The position numbers and the translations under genes were made by a program. From an uncultured virus (IMG/VR IMGVR_UViG_3300034107_000607) (Duplodnaviria > Heunggongvirae > Uroviricota > Caudoviricetes), in the IMG/VR virus record IMGVR_UViG_3300034107_000607: a DNA stretch of 64,000 bases. The stretch is one strand, 5' to 3'. Under the pieces are notes generated by a model. It did not search any database and was not told the origin of the DNA. It was given only the letters and a program-made list of their open reading frames with translations. Shown piece by piece: positions 34,612 through 44,637 of this stretch. The first letter of the stretch is position 1. The number at the start of each line of letters is the position of its first letter.

Positions 34612-34866
34612 TTATAATCCTAAAAATGCTATTGTTCTTGCAAATTCATCAGTACCTGCTCCGCCACCGCCGCCAATGGAACCCCAACCAGCATTACTAT
34701 AACCTTCAAACGAATTTGTTGTAGTATTGTAGCGCAACTGACCTAGAACACCAGTTGGTTGCTGACCAGTTGTTCCCGCAGGAACTTTGACTGCTGTAGT
34801 TCCAGCTAAATCTATGTAAGCAGTTTGATCATTGATGATCGTAGTGCCTTGAATCTTGATTGCCAT
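34612..34866 (-). CDS. Small virion/fibre adaptor protein
   Basis: MAIKIQGTTII, VP.GTT.Q.P...G.LRYNTT...FEGY...W. Confidence 0.65.
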   Translation of the reverse strand: MAIKIQGTTIINDQTAYIDLAGTTAVKVPAGTTGQQPTGVLGQLRYNTTTNSFEGYSNAGWGSIGGGGGAGTDEFARTIAFLGL

Positions 34867-34902
34867 CTTCGCGCCCCTTTCATGAGTACTCGGCTATACA
34901 AG

Positions 34903-34910
34903 TATTTATA
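34903..34910 (-). promoter_or_regulatory. T4-type late promoter
   Basis: TATAAATA directly after the upstream stop, upstream of 34866. Confidence 0.8.
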
Positions 34911-35351
34911 TTACTGAGGCGGTGTCGGCCATACAATATTGTCTGGGAAACCAGCTTGTGATGTCACATCTCTTAATTCTTGACGATATAGTGACCAAGC
35001 TTCTTTATTGATCGAAGCAGGTGCATCTGGAAGTTGTGTATAGTCACAAAGAAGAAGCAGTTGATTACGGATTGCTCTCATTTGTCCTGAGCGCTCTTCC
35101 AATGTAGGTTCATCAGAATAATCAATTGCACCGAATGCAGCTGCAACATCTATAGTTTGAACTACTGCATCTTTTTCTATCCAATATGCAACAGGTGAAT
35201 ATTGGACTATTACAGCTTCTAAAGTTTCACCTTCATATGGAATTCTTGTATATACATTCATATCACCATGAGTTGGTGATGTATATTTAACTTCCATAGT
35301 TCTTCCATTTGTATCAACATTTAATACTTTATATGTATATTTGATTTGCAT
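34911..35351 (-). CDS. Tail fibre assembly chaperone-like protein
   Basis: R..RN.LL..CDYTQLPD.P...W..YRQELRDV..Q.GFP..I.WP.PP. Confidence 0.8.
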   Translation of the reverse strand: MQIKYTYKVLNVDTNGRTMEVKYTSPTHGDMNVYTRIPYEGETLEAVIVQYSPVAYWIEKDAVVQTIDVAAAFGAIDYSDEPTLEERSGQMRAIRNQLLLLCDYTQLPDAPASINKEAWSLYRQELRDVTSQAGFPDNIVWPTPPQ

Positions 35352-35363
35352 GTTGTTTTCCTA

Positions 35364-36404
35364 TTAAACTGTTTCTGTCCCGCCTGCTACAGTTCCTAAT
35401 GTAGAAAAAGTAACATAATTTGACCCTTTAACTGCAAGACCTGCAGCTCCACCAGCGCCGCCTGCAGATCCATTAACAATAGTCGCGGAACCAAATGCCC
35501 CGCCTGCAGAATTTCCACTTGTTCCGGCACTGCCCAAAGCCCCACCGCTACCACCATTTGGTGGATTTGACCAGATCAACCCGCCGCTACCACCGGATCC
35601 ATCATTAAATGCATAGTTACCACCATCACCACCACTTCCTCCTGCTGTGGCAGTGCCACTAGAACCATTTGTCGGATATGTTATTGCAGGAATAATAGGA
35701 GATTGCCATGTTGTTGTGCCGCGAGTACCTCCAGTACCTCCAGTGCCGCCTGCACCACCTCCACCGCCAGGACCCCCGGCCCATAACTTTTTAGCATTTG
35801 CAGTCATAACAGCATATACACCAGCACTGCCGCCGCCGCCGCCGCCACCACCAGCTATAGTACCATTATTAATAACAGTCACCGCAGTGCTAGCATATAA
35901 TGCAGCACCTCCAGAACCTCCAGCAGTACCTCGTAATGATGTTGAATTTGTTGCTGGAGAACCACCACCATTTCCACCAGGACCGCCTTTTCCTGCTATA
36001 GTACCGTTATTAACAATACGAATACCTTTAGGAAATGAGCCAGAAACTGTAAGGGCATAAAAACCTGCACCTGAACTGGTTGTTGATACCGTAATACCCG
36101 AATCTATTGTTAATACAACTCTTTTAGCTTGATCCCATCCAAGTCCTATTAAATATGTTCTAACATTAACATCATTTGCATTAGTAGAAATTGATGCTCT
36201 AAATGGTGCATCTTTTCCGTGTCCATCCGAAAATGATATTTGTGATAAATTTGCATATGGTGCTGCCGCAAGATTTGGCGTATCTCCTGCCAGCATATCC
36301 CGAACAATATTTTCATTCATAGTCAGAGTTGTCGTGTCAGTTCTTGCCAACTCGACATTCATTTGATTTGTTGATATTCCGTTAGGAAATAGTGGAAGGG
36401 TCAT
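35364..36404 (-). CDS. gp38-like glycine-rich adhesin
   Basis: IVNNGTIAGKGG.GG and INNGTIAGGGGGGG motifs; lies directly after an S74-chaperoned fibre, as in the T2-type gp37/gp38 pair. Confidence 0.7.
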   Translation of the reverse strand: MTLPLFPNGISTNQMNVELARTDTTTLTMNENIVRDMLAGDTPNLAAAPYANLSQISFSDGHGKDAPFRASISTNANDVNVRTYLIGLGWDQAKRVVLTIDSGITVSTTSSGAGFYALTVSGSFPKGIRIVNNGTIAGKGGPGGNGGGSPATNSTSLRGTAGGSGGAALYASTAVTVINNGTIAGGGGGGGGSAGVYAVMTANAKKLWAGGPGGGGGAGGTGGTGGTRGTTTWQSPIIPAITYPTNGSSGTATAGGSGGDGGNYAFNDGSGGSGGLIWSNPPNGGSGGALGSAGTSGNSAGGAFGSATIVNGSAGGAGGAAGLAVKGSNYVTFSTLGTVAGGTETV

Positions 36405-36407
36405 TAC

Positions 36408-39400
36408 TTATTTCCCTTCCAGACTTTCAATTTTTACAGATAGTTCTTTAATTGCTTCAATTAGAAGTGGAACTATTTTTTCATATCTTACAGTCAGATA
36501 TCTTTCATCAATTGGAGCTGGAGCAACAATTTCTGGTAAAATTTCTTTCACTTTCTGAGCAGAAATACCGACTTCTCTTATTGGTTTGTAACCCATTCTC
36601 TGAGCAATTTCATTTGCTTCATAATAGAAACCATCAAGTGTTTTAACTTTTTCAAGTGCATTTTCAATTAACCCAAGTCTAGTTTTAAGTCTATCATCGG
36701 AATAATAAGCAGTAATATTATTAGTTGCTCTAATTTCACCTGCAGTTCCAGATGCGGTAGTTCCTACCCCAAGACTGTTAAATCGTACGTTACTCGAAGT
36801 ATTTACTGTTTGGTCGGCAGTAACACCTGTAGTACCTTGAATACCTTGGATACCAAAGATCCCTTGAATACCTTGTGACCCAACTCCTGTTATACCTTGC
36901 AGACCTAAAGTACCCTGAATACCTTGGCGACCTTGAATACCTTGGATACCTTGGATACCCTGTGAACCGTTAGCACCAACACCTGAAAGACCTTGACCAC
37001 CAATAGTTCCTTGTACACCTTGGCGACCTTGTAGACCTTGGAGACCTTGGTTGAAACTTACACCTGAAAGACCTTGAATACCTTGACCACCAATAGTTCC
37101 TTGGACACCTTGGCGACCTTGTAGACCTTGGTTACCAATAACACCTCCGCCGCCCTGAACACCCTGAATACCTTGGAGACCTTGATTAAAGCTTTGACCA
37201 GAAGTACCTTGAAGTCCTTGGAAACCTTGAGCAACCGCATTACCAGATTGTCCTTGAACACCTTGTAAGCCTTGGTTGAAACTTTGCCCTGAAGTACCTT
37301 GAAGTCCCTGGAAACCTTGGGCTACAGCAGATCCAGACTGTCCTTGTATACCTTGATAACCTTGTGCAACAGCAGAGCCTGAAGTACCTTGAAGTCCCTG
37401 GAAACCTTGAGCAACAGCAGATCCAGATTGGCCTTGGACACCTTGGCGACCTTGAATACCTTGTCCTGCAAACAAACCATCGGTACCTTGAAGTCCCTGG
37501 AAACCTTGTAATACTGCGGAACCAGATTGCCCTTGAACACCTTGAACACCTTGGTTAAAACTTTGACCCGATATTCCCTGGAAACCTTGACGGCCTTGTG
37601 TACCCTGAACACCTTGTAGGCCTTGATTGAAACTTTGACCGGATATACCTTGAACACCCTGGATACCTTGAGCGGCAAATGACCCAGGAACACCCTGTAT
37701 ACCTTGTCGACCTTGAAGCCCCTGTAGGCCTTGGCCCACAAGACCTTGTATACCTTGGACACCTTGTCTACCTTGAGACCCAGTTGAACCTTGAATTCCT
37801 TGGACACCTTGTAGACCTTGAGTACCTTGAGGTCCCTGAATACCTTGTATGCCTTGACCAACAAGTCCCTGAATGCCTTGAACACCTTGGCGCCCCTGAA
37901 TACCTTGAGCTCCAACGAATTGACCTACTTCAGACCAATTTACACCATCATAAACCCATAATTTACCGGTACTGGTTTCAATTACAGCATTACCTGAAAC
38001 TGCACTTGGAAACGCAATTTTAAGTGCCGCATCACTTGCTACACTAATACTTCCAATAACAGTAAGCGCAGGTCCGAATGTACCTTGAACACCTTGAAGT
38101 CCCTGAATACCTTGGCCAACAAGACCTTGTAAACCTTGAACACCCTGAGTTCCTTGAGTTCCTTGGACACCTTGAGCGCCTCTTAGACCTTGAACACCTA
38201 TTGGCCCTATAATACCTTGACGGCCTTGAATACCTTGATTACCAAATAGACCTTGAATACCTTGGACACCTTGAGAACCTACTGCTCCGACAAATCCTGA
38301 AATACCTTGAATACCTTGATTACCAAGAATGCCTTGAATACCTTGAACACCCTGAGAGCCTTGGATACCTTGTTGACCGATTTGACCTTGAACACCTTGA
38401 GTTCCTTGCGGGCCCTGAGTTCCTTGCACACCTTGTTGACCTTGAGGTCCTTGTAAACCTTGAATACCCTGTCCTACTTGACCTTGTATACCTTGAGTAC
38501 CTTGAGTACCTTGAATACCTTGGCTTCCAATAATACCTTGAGCGCCTTGAATACCTTGCGGCCCCTGGATGCCTTGATTACCTTGAATACCTTGGCTTCC
38601 AATAATACCTTGAGTGCCTTGAATACCTTGAGTGCCTTGAATACCTTGAGCGCCAATAGATCCTTGTATACCCTGAATACCTTGAGATCCTTGAATACCC
38701 TGTGGTCCCTGAATACCTTGAATACCAATAGAACCTTGAATACCCTGAATACCTTGAATACCAAATAGACCTTGAATACCTTGGTTACCCTGAATACCTT
38801 GGTTACCTTGAATACCAAATAGACCTTGAATACCTTGTCGGCCTTGAGTTCCTTGAATACCCTGTGGTCCCTGAATACCTTGAGTTCCTATCAAACCTTG
38901 TATACCTTGGACACCCTGTTCACCCTGAGTGCCTTGAATACCTTGGAAACCAATAGAGCCTTGAATACCTTGGGAACCAATAGAACCTTGAATACCCTGA
39001 GTACCCTGTGTCCCTTGGATACCTTGTGGACCCTGAATACCTTGAATGCCAATAGAACCTTGAATACCCTGAGGTCCTTGGATACCTTGTGGTCCCTGGA
39101 TACCTTGAGTTCCTTGAGTTCCTTGCGGCCCCTGGATACCTTGATTACCTTGAATACCTTGGCTTCCAATAATACCTTGAATTCCTGATCCTGTTATACC
39201 CTGTGTACCTTGGGCGCCTTGTGGACCTTGAATTTGTCCAACATTGTTCCAATTAACACCATCATAAACCCAGAGATTGCCAGATGCTTGATCTATCACA
39301 CCATTGCCCGCAACTGCAGTGTTAAATGCAGTATTTAAAACATCTTGTTCATCATCTGGGGGTGTGTAATTTGAAACATCAAGAACAGATCCGATAATTG

Positions 39401-40472
39401 TTAATGATGGCCCATAAGTTCCTTGAAGACCTTGGCGACCTTGAGTACCTTGAACACCTTGAGTACCCTGTGGCCCCTGAATACCTTGAGATCCCTGAAT
39501 TCCTTGATATCCTTGGATACCTTGAACACCTTGAGTACCCTGTGGCCCCTGAATACCCTGTGTCCCCTGTGTACCTTGAATACCTTGAGTTCCTATCGAA
39601 CCTTGTATACCTTGAAGTCCTTGCTGACCGACAAGTCCCTGAATACCCTGTGGCCCTTGAGTACCTTGAATACCCTGTGTACCTTGAACACCTTGAGTTC
39701 CCTGGTTCCCCTGAGTTCCTTGAACACCTTGAGTTCCCTGGTTCCCCTGAGTTCCTTGTATTCCTTGTGGTCCTATAGTACCCTGTATTCCTTGAATACC
39801 TTGTTCACCCTGAGTTCCTTGAATACCCTGTTCACCTTGTGTTCCCTGAGTTCCTTGAATACCTTGAGTTCCTTGAATGCCTTGAGCACCCTGTATACCT
39901 TGAATTCCTATTGAACCTTGTATACCTTGAAGTCCTTGCTGCCCGACAAGACCCTGAATACCTTGCTCACCAGTGGAACCTTGAATACCTTGCTGACCCT
40001 GAATACCCTGATTACCTTGAACACCCTGTGATCCCTGGAGACCCTGAGGTCCTATTATACCTTGAGTTCCCTGAATACCTTGTTGGCCCTGAATTCCTTG
40101 AGGGCCCTGAATTCCTTGTGTACCTTGTTCGCCCTGAATGCCTTGAGGTCCCTGGATACCTTGAATACCTTGACCTACCTGGCCTTGAATACCTTGTATA
40201 CCTTGGTAACCTTGTAGACCCTGTAATCCTTGACCAGGTATACCCTGCAAGCCTTGAAATCCCTGCAAACCTTGGATACCCTGAAGTCCTTGTAAACCTT
40301 GGAGACCTTCATTTAATCTAATCCACAGAGTTCCATTTGAATAGTAAACAAATGTATCATCACCATAAACAATAGCACCCTCAAAGTTTTGAGGGTCTAG
40401 GTTAATTGGTGTTTCTAACTTAGATCCTTGTCCAAGAAGAGAAGTTTTACCGCGGATTGTCCTAAAAGCCAT
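36408..40472 (-). CDS. Giant collagen-like tail fibre (G-X-Q) with C-terminal S74 chaperone
   Basis: Hundreds of GIQ/GTQ/GPQ/GVQ triplets, two globular nodes, GEIRATNNITAYYSDDRLK...VG.SAQ...[15 protein letters not shown]. Confidence 0.85.
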   Translation of the reverse strand: MAFRTIRGKTSLLGQGSKLETPINLDPQNFEGAIVYGDDTFVYYSNGTLWIRLNEGLQGLQGLQGIQGLQGFQGLQGIPGQGLQGLQGYQGIQGIQGQVGQGIQGIQGPQGIQGEQGTQGIQGPQGIQGQQGIQGTQGIIGPQGLQGSQGVQGNQGIQGQQGIQGSTGEQGIQGLVGQQGLQGIQGSIGIQGIQGAQGIQGTQGIQGTQGTQGEQGIQGTQGEQGIQGIQGTIGPQGIQGTQGNQGTQGVQGTQGNQGTQGVQGTQGIQGTQGPQGIQGLVGQQGLQGIQGSIGTQGIQGTQGTQGIQGPQGTQGVQGIQGYQGIQGSQGIQGPQGTQGVQGTQGRQGLQGTYGPSLTIIGSVLDVSNYTPPDDEQDVLNTAFNTAVAGNGVIDQASGNLWVYDGVNWNNVGQIQGPQGAQGTQGITGSGIQGIIGSQGIQGNQGIQGPQGTQGTQGIQGPQGIQGPQGIQGSIGIQGIQGPQGIQGTQGTQGIQGSIGSQGIQGSIGFQGIQGTQGEQGVQGIQGLIGTQGIQGPQGIQGTQGRQGIQGLFGIQGNQGIQGNQGIQGLFGIQGIQGIQGSIGIQGIQGPQGIQGSQGIQGIQGSIGAQGIQGTQGIQGTQGIIGSQGIQGNQGIQGPQGIQGAQGIIGSQGIQGTQGTQGIQGQVGQGIQGLQGPQGQQGVQGTQGPQGTQGVQGQIGQQGIQGSQGVQGIQGILGNQGIQGISGFVGAVGSQGVQGIQGLFGNQGIQGRQGIIGPIGVQGLRGAQGVQGTQGTQGVQGLQGLVGQGIQGLQGVQGTFGPALTVIGSISVASDAALKIAFPSAVSGNAVIETSTGKLWVYDGVNWSEVGQFVGAQGIQGRQGVQGIQGLVGQGIQGIQGPQGTQGLQGVQGIQGSTGSQGRQGVQGIQGLVGQGLQGLQGRQGIQGVPGSFAAQGIQGVQGISGQSFNQGLQGVQGTQGRQGFQGISGQSFNQGVQGVQGQSGSAVLQGFQGLQGTDGLFAGQGIQGRQGVQGQSGSAVAQGFQGLQGTSGSAVAQGYQGIQGQSGSAVAQGFQGLQGTSGQSFNQGLQGVQGQSGNAVAQGFQGLQGTSGQSFNQGLQGIQGVQGGGGVIGNQGLQGRQGVQGTIGGQGIQGLSGVSFNQGLQGLQGRQGVQGTIGGQGLSGVGANGSQGIQGIQGIQGRQGIQGTLGLQGITGVGSQGIQGIFGIQGIQGTTGVTADQTVNTSSNVRFNSLGVGTTASGTAGEIRATNNITAYYSDDRLKTRLGLIENALEKVKTLDGFYYEANEIAQRMGYKPIREVGISAQKVKEILPEIVAPAPIDERYLTVRYEKIVPLLIEAIKELSVKIESLEGK

Positions 40473-40918
40473 TATACGGTCTCCACTATTCCGTCTACAT
40501 CATCCTGTTCAGCTTGACCCACTGTATAAGATATTGTCACATTAATGCCACTAGCTGCAGAACTAGTAATTTCTAGTTTATCACCACTAGCAATAAATTG
40601 ACCATTTAACGGAAGTGGCAAAATATCAAATGCTGGTATTGGTAATTGTGTAGCAATTAAATAGTTAGTAGTATCGGTATTTCTATAAATTCGTATATCT
40701 ACATCGATGCTTGCCGCACTTATATTAGTAATAAGTAAAGGGCTGATAATTTCAGCAACACCTGGTACAGTAATGGTTCCCCCGCCGAATGTTTCTTCGG
40801 GTATTTCATATTCTGGCACTTCTATTAAAGTAGTCCAACCAGCACTAGTTATAGATTTAGAAACTCCGACGGGTTTTGCATCAGGAGCCTGACTTGTTAT
40901 AAGTTTTGTTATTGTCAT
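40472..40918 (-). CDS. Hypothetical virion protein, paralog of 20695-21159
   Basis: Shared motifs and same position upstream of a collagen-like fibre. Confidence 0.65.
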   Translation of the reverse strand: MTITKLITSQAPDAKPVGVSKSITSAGWTTLIEVPEYEIPEETFGGGTITVPGVAEIISPLLITNISAASIDVDIRIYRNTDTTNYLIATQLPIPAFDILPLPLNGQFIASGDKLEITSSAASGINVTISYTVGQAEQDDVDGIVETV

Positions 40919-43092
40919 GTAATTGATACCCTACTATTTGCTGCTCTTCTTGCTAATCTTCTAACTGATGATGTGAAAGGTCTTCCTTCCAGACGACCGG
41001 TCCTACCGTTAATTTTTAAACCTCCAGCAAAATACTGGTTGTTTAATTCATCTGCACCTGACCATCTTACTCGACCACTATCTTCCTTTAATACTGATCC
41101 GCTAGCAGGCAATGGCTTTCCGACTCTTCTGAAGTTAAGTGGCAGCGCATTTTTATTTACACCTGCGCCCGCCAAGTTAAACTGATGTGCCAAACTTTCA
41201 ATAAGACTGCCAAATAATAGTTTAGATGGATTCAACAAAGTTTTAATAATAATGTTATTAATTAATGTAGAGATCATATCCTGCTGCGCTGTATCTGCAG
41301 TCAATGTTAACATATATATTTTCATTCTTTCGTATGCAAATATAAATGAATCTAGCAATGTTGTATCATTAGGACCAGTATTGGTCCAAGTAGATCCATC
41401 GGAAACATAAACATCACCTTTATATATATTTATAGGTTCTCCATCCGGATCATAAACAATATATGCTGAATTTGGTTCTACTGTATTTGCATCTGGAAGA
41501 CCGCCTTCACCGCTAATAGCGGAAACACTTCCAATATATATTGCATCTTCATCCGATGGATTAAATACTTGAAATACGTGATCTGCCTTATAGTCAAAGA
41601 ATGAAGCTGCAAAGTTTCTAGAACTTGTTTGGCCTGCTGAAATTAAATCATAATAAATTGATTGAATAAAACTGTTTGCATCTCGTCTAGTAAGTGCTTC
41701 ATCTATTTCATATCCAAGACCTACAACATAGTCGCTGTATATTCGTTCCCACATATCTTCTATAATATCGTCACGTGCATTATCTATTGTTTCTGCTGCT
41801 GTATTTGCAAAAATTAAATCATTCTTTTCTACACCAGTTAATTCATATGGTTCTACTACATAGGTAAAACCTTTGGCCCGCATTGATATATCACCGAATT
41901 GTGTGCCGGAGTTATTGAGTGTGACTTGACCACCATTAAGTGCATAGAAAGCACATCTTTGGAAAATTGTAATAGAACCGATACCGTTAATGCCAGCACC
42001 ATTCTTTGCAACATATCCCATCCCATTTGGCGATCTTGGTGTAGCACCAAAAGCTAACATATATGGGAAAATTGTATCATAATCTAAAACCGCGCGATCT
42101 GCAAGAAGAACACCGCCACCTCTACCAACAAGAGGATTAGCATTAACTGGATCTAACGGCGCCGCAATAGCTCTTTCTGTATAGTTACTTACCTGACTGC
42201 AATCTTTTATATATGGCGATCTAAGTATTGTAGCACCTGGTCTGAATGCAACAGCAAATCCTTTTGTAGGATCATCAAAATCATCTACTCTCATATTTCT
42301 GAAACCGAAACCTTGAATATAGCATCCAGATCCGACCAAGAAACAATTTTCTTCGATTGGATCATGTAAGTACCAATCTACACCCGGTCCATTAGTTGGA
42401 TCATATAGATGTATATTTGTTGCATATTGACCATTTGTTGACACGACTGAACATTTATCTGGAAGTGAAAGATTCCCTTCCGTATAGTAATTACCTGGCA
42501 TTACTGAAATTGAAATTGGATAATTTATTGAATTCATAAAAGCAAATGCTTGTTCTAGTGTTTGATATGGTTTCATATAACTTCCATTGCCGCCGGCGTC
42601 AGCATCAGCAGCTACATACACTTTGTTTACTTTCTTTAACTGCTCTGCAATTTCATCATTTAAATCAGAGAATTTAATTGTAACAGTAGATCCATTTTGT
42701 GCTTCACGGATTATAAATTCATCATTATCATCTAACGGTGCCGCGTATTCATTTAAATTTCCAAATATTGGTTGATTTAATGCTGAATTATTTATAGTAC
42801 TTGTATTGATTGTAGCACTGGAAATAGAACCACCAGTAATTGCTGGATTGCTAATAGTAGGACTTGCAATGGAAGTAGTATTAATTACACTATTTGACAT
42901 TGTGACATTGTTTATAGTGCCACCAGTTATATTGATATTAGTAAAAGGTTCTTTTTGTAAGGCTTTTGCTAGTTCAGATCTTGTGATATTTTTTGTACCA
43001 TTGTCACCTTGCACAAGATTTACCATAACAAAAAGGTCGCTGGATGCAGTTTCATCTGCAAGTAATGGACCTAATTGAGAGATTTTTGACAT
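40915..43092 (-). CDS. Virion structural protein with probable beta-helix domain, paralog of 21162-22787
   Basis: MSKISQL N-terminus, I.GGTI repeats, VYVA...GNGS..KPY.T, NPLVGRG.GV. Confidence 0.7.
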   Translation of the reverse strand: MSKISQLGPLLADETASSDLFVMVNLVQGDNGTKNITRSELAKALQKEPFTNINITGGTINNVTMSNSVINTTSIASPTISNPAITGGSISSATINTSTINNSALNQPIFGNLNEYAAPLDDNDEFIIREAQNGSTVTIKFSDLNDEIAEQLKKVNKVYVAADADAGGNGSYMKPYQTLEQAFAFMNSINYPISISVMPGNYYTEGNLSLPDKCSVVSTNGQYATNIHLYDPTNGPGVDWYLHDPIEENCFLVGSGCYIQGFGFRNMRVDDFDDPTKGFAVAFRPGATILRSPYIKDCSQVSNYTERAIAAPLDPVNANPLVGRGGGVLLADRAVLDYDTIFPYMLAFGATPRSPNGMGYVAKNGAGINGIGSITIFQRCAFYALNGGQVTLNNSGTQFGDISMRAKGFTYVVEPYELTGVEKNDLIFANTAAETIDNARDDIIEDMWERIYSDYVVGLGYEIDEALTRRDANSFIQSIYYDLISAGQTSSRNFAASFFDYKADHVFQVFNPSDEDAIYIGSVSAISGEGGLPDANTVEPNSAYIVYDPDGEPINIYKGDVYVSDGSTWTNTGPNDTTLLDSFIFAYERMKIYMLTLTADTAQQDMISTLINNIIIKTLLNPSKLLFGSLIESLAHQFNLAGAGVNKNALPLNFRRVGKPLPASGSVLKEDSGRVRWSGADELNNQYFAGGLKINGRTGRLEGRPFTSSVRRLARRAANSRVSIT

Positions 43093-43112
43093 TTAACTAT
43101 ACCTTTTTTAGT

Positions 43113-43120
43113 TATTTATA
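43113..43120 (-). promoter_or_regulatory. T4-type late promoter
   Basis: TATAAATA upstream of an AAGGT SD and the 43092 start. Confidence 0.8.
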
Positions 43121-43217
43121 ATTTTAGAATCATATTATTCTGACTCTAACATAACACTGGTCTTTATCATTTTCTTTAAAAAGTTTACATAAAATGCCGA
43201 AAGATGGTAAAAGCATT

Positions 43218-44459
43218 TTATCTTCCTTTTATTTCGTCTAATTCTGTTTTTAACTCTTTAATAGCTTCTATAAGAAGACCAACAATATTACCATATCGTA
43301 CAGCTTTAGATTTTCCGCCAAATGCTTCATCATCTATTTCATAGACTGCTTCTGGTAATACTTTTTCTAATTCTTGAGCAATAACACCGGTTATTTTTCT
43401 ATCATCATTTTTAAAGTTGTAAGTATAACCGCCTATTTGCAGAACCTTTTCAAGTGCATTATCTATTCTTACAATATTTTCTTTCTTTCGTATATCAGAT
43501 GATGATGCGAATGCTGTAATGTCACCATTTGATGATATTGCGCCAGTTGAAGAAATAGTTCCGGTTGTAGTAAGATTTGCAAATTGCACATTGTTACCGA
43601 TGCCAACCGCTTGGCCTATAGATATAGCACCGCTTGTAGCATTATACGTGACACCTGTGGATCCACTAATTGCAAGTCGCGCGCGAGGATCGGTGTAATA
43701 ACGATTAGTTGTACCTTCACTGAGATCATTAGTGGTACGACCTGTGAAACTAGTTACAGAACCAGCACTACCAGATACGTTACCAGTTACATTTCCTGTA
43801 ACATTACCTGTGACGCTACCAGTTAATGCTCCAACAAAGCCTGTCGCAGTTAAAGCACCAGTACTTGGATTATATGTAAAACCAGTATCTGTTCTTACAT
43901 TTTCATTTCCAGTTGCTGCATCCACAAAAACTGGAAAATGTGTAGCATTTGTGGTATTTGTAGCGACAAGAGTGACTGTATTTGCGGTTTGAGCAGTACC
44001 AGAAAAAATACCAGTGATTTCTAGATTTCCGGAAGTATCTAATTTAAGAGCACCTCCGCCATTAGTAATTACAAACTTCTTTGTTGTATTATTTTCAAAA
44101 CCAATTTGCCAATCAGAGTCTATAGTATTATAAAATGATAATCTCGGGCCAGTTGTACTTGAAAGTCTTTCCAAAACTGTCTGGTTTGTGACTATATTAA
44201 CTGGAGCAGTAAATTCTATTGCTGTAGATCCAACATTTGGACTTATAGAATCTACTCTTAATAGGTCAAATGCAGTTATAGTATTGGCTCTAAAATTACC
44301 ATCAAGTGTTGCATTACCGATTGTAATGTCACCATTTGCAGAAGCAAGAGAAGCAGTAACTATATCACTTTGAACAAGATTTACAAGTTCATTTGTTTTG
44401 TCTAACCAAACTTGAAATGTATTATTAGCAGATACTTCAGTTATTGCGGATTTTGCCAT
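43218..44459 (-). CDS. Tail fibre with C-terminal S74 chaperone
   Basis: NTF..W..KTN N-terminus, GNVTGNVTG repeats, DLSEG..N.YYT..R, GDITAF.SSDIR.K...GVIAQE...[13 protein letters not shown]. Confidence 0.85.
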   Translation of the reverse strand: MAKSAITEVSANNTFQVWLDKTNELVNLVQSDIVTASLASANGDITIGNATLDGNFRANTITAFDLLRVDSISPNVGSTAIEFTAPVNIVTNQTVLERLSSTTGPRLSFYNTIDSDWQIGFENNTTKKFVITNGGGALKLDTSGNLEITGIFSGTAQTANTVTLVATNTTNATHFPVFVDAATGNENVRTDTGFTYNPSTGALTATGFVGALTGSVTGNVTGNVTGNVSGSAGSVTSFTGRTTNDLSEGTTNRYYTDPRARLAISGSTGVTYNATSGAISIGQAVGIGNNVQFANLTTTGTISSTGAISSNGDITAFASSSDIRKKENIVRIDNALEKVLQIGGYTYNFKNDDRKITGVIAQELEKVLPEAVYEIDDEAFGGKSKAVRYGNIVGLLIEAIKELKTELDEIKGR

Positions 44460-44637
44460 TATTCTTCTCTATTCTATCTTCTAAGAGTTTATATAAATTT
44501 TCTACTTGAGAATAAAGATGATCTATTTCTTTCTGCATAGAAGTCATCTTTCGTACTTTATCTCTTTCCATTTTGTATTTATAAAGGGCATCCGCATCGG
44601 TATTAATTAATGCCTTTGTTCTTTCGTCTCTAATCAT
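44437..44637 (-). CDS. Small conserved T4-like protein (coiled coil)
   Basis: RD..TKALINTD motif; overlaps both neighbours. Confidence 0.6.
   Translation of the reverse strand: MIRDERTKALINTDADALYKYKMERDKVRKMTSMQKEIDHLYSQVENLYKLLEDRIEKNNGKIRNN

Noticed and set aside
37058..40321. Alternative-frame and antisense ORFs (KVFKV, LEYL, LNTL repeats)
   Set aside because: Frame-shifted readings of the G-X-Q collagen gene
44576..44583. TATAAATA inside the 66-aa ORF
   Set aside because: Could drive the 44459 fibre, but it lies within coding sequence ~120 nt upstream and chance occurrence is plausible in AT-rich DNA
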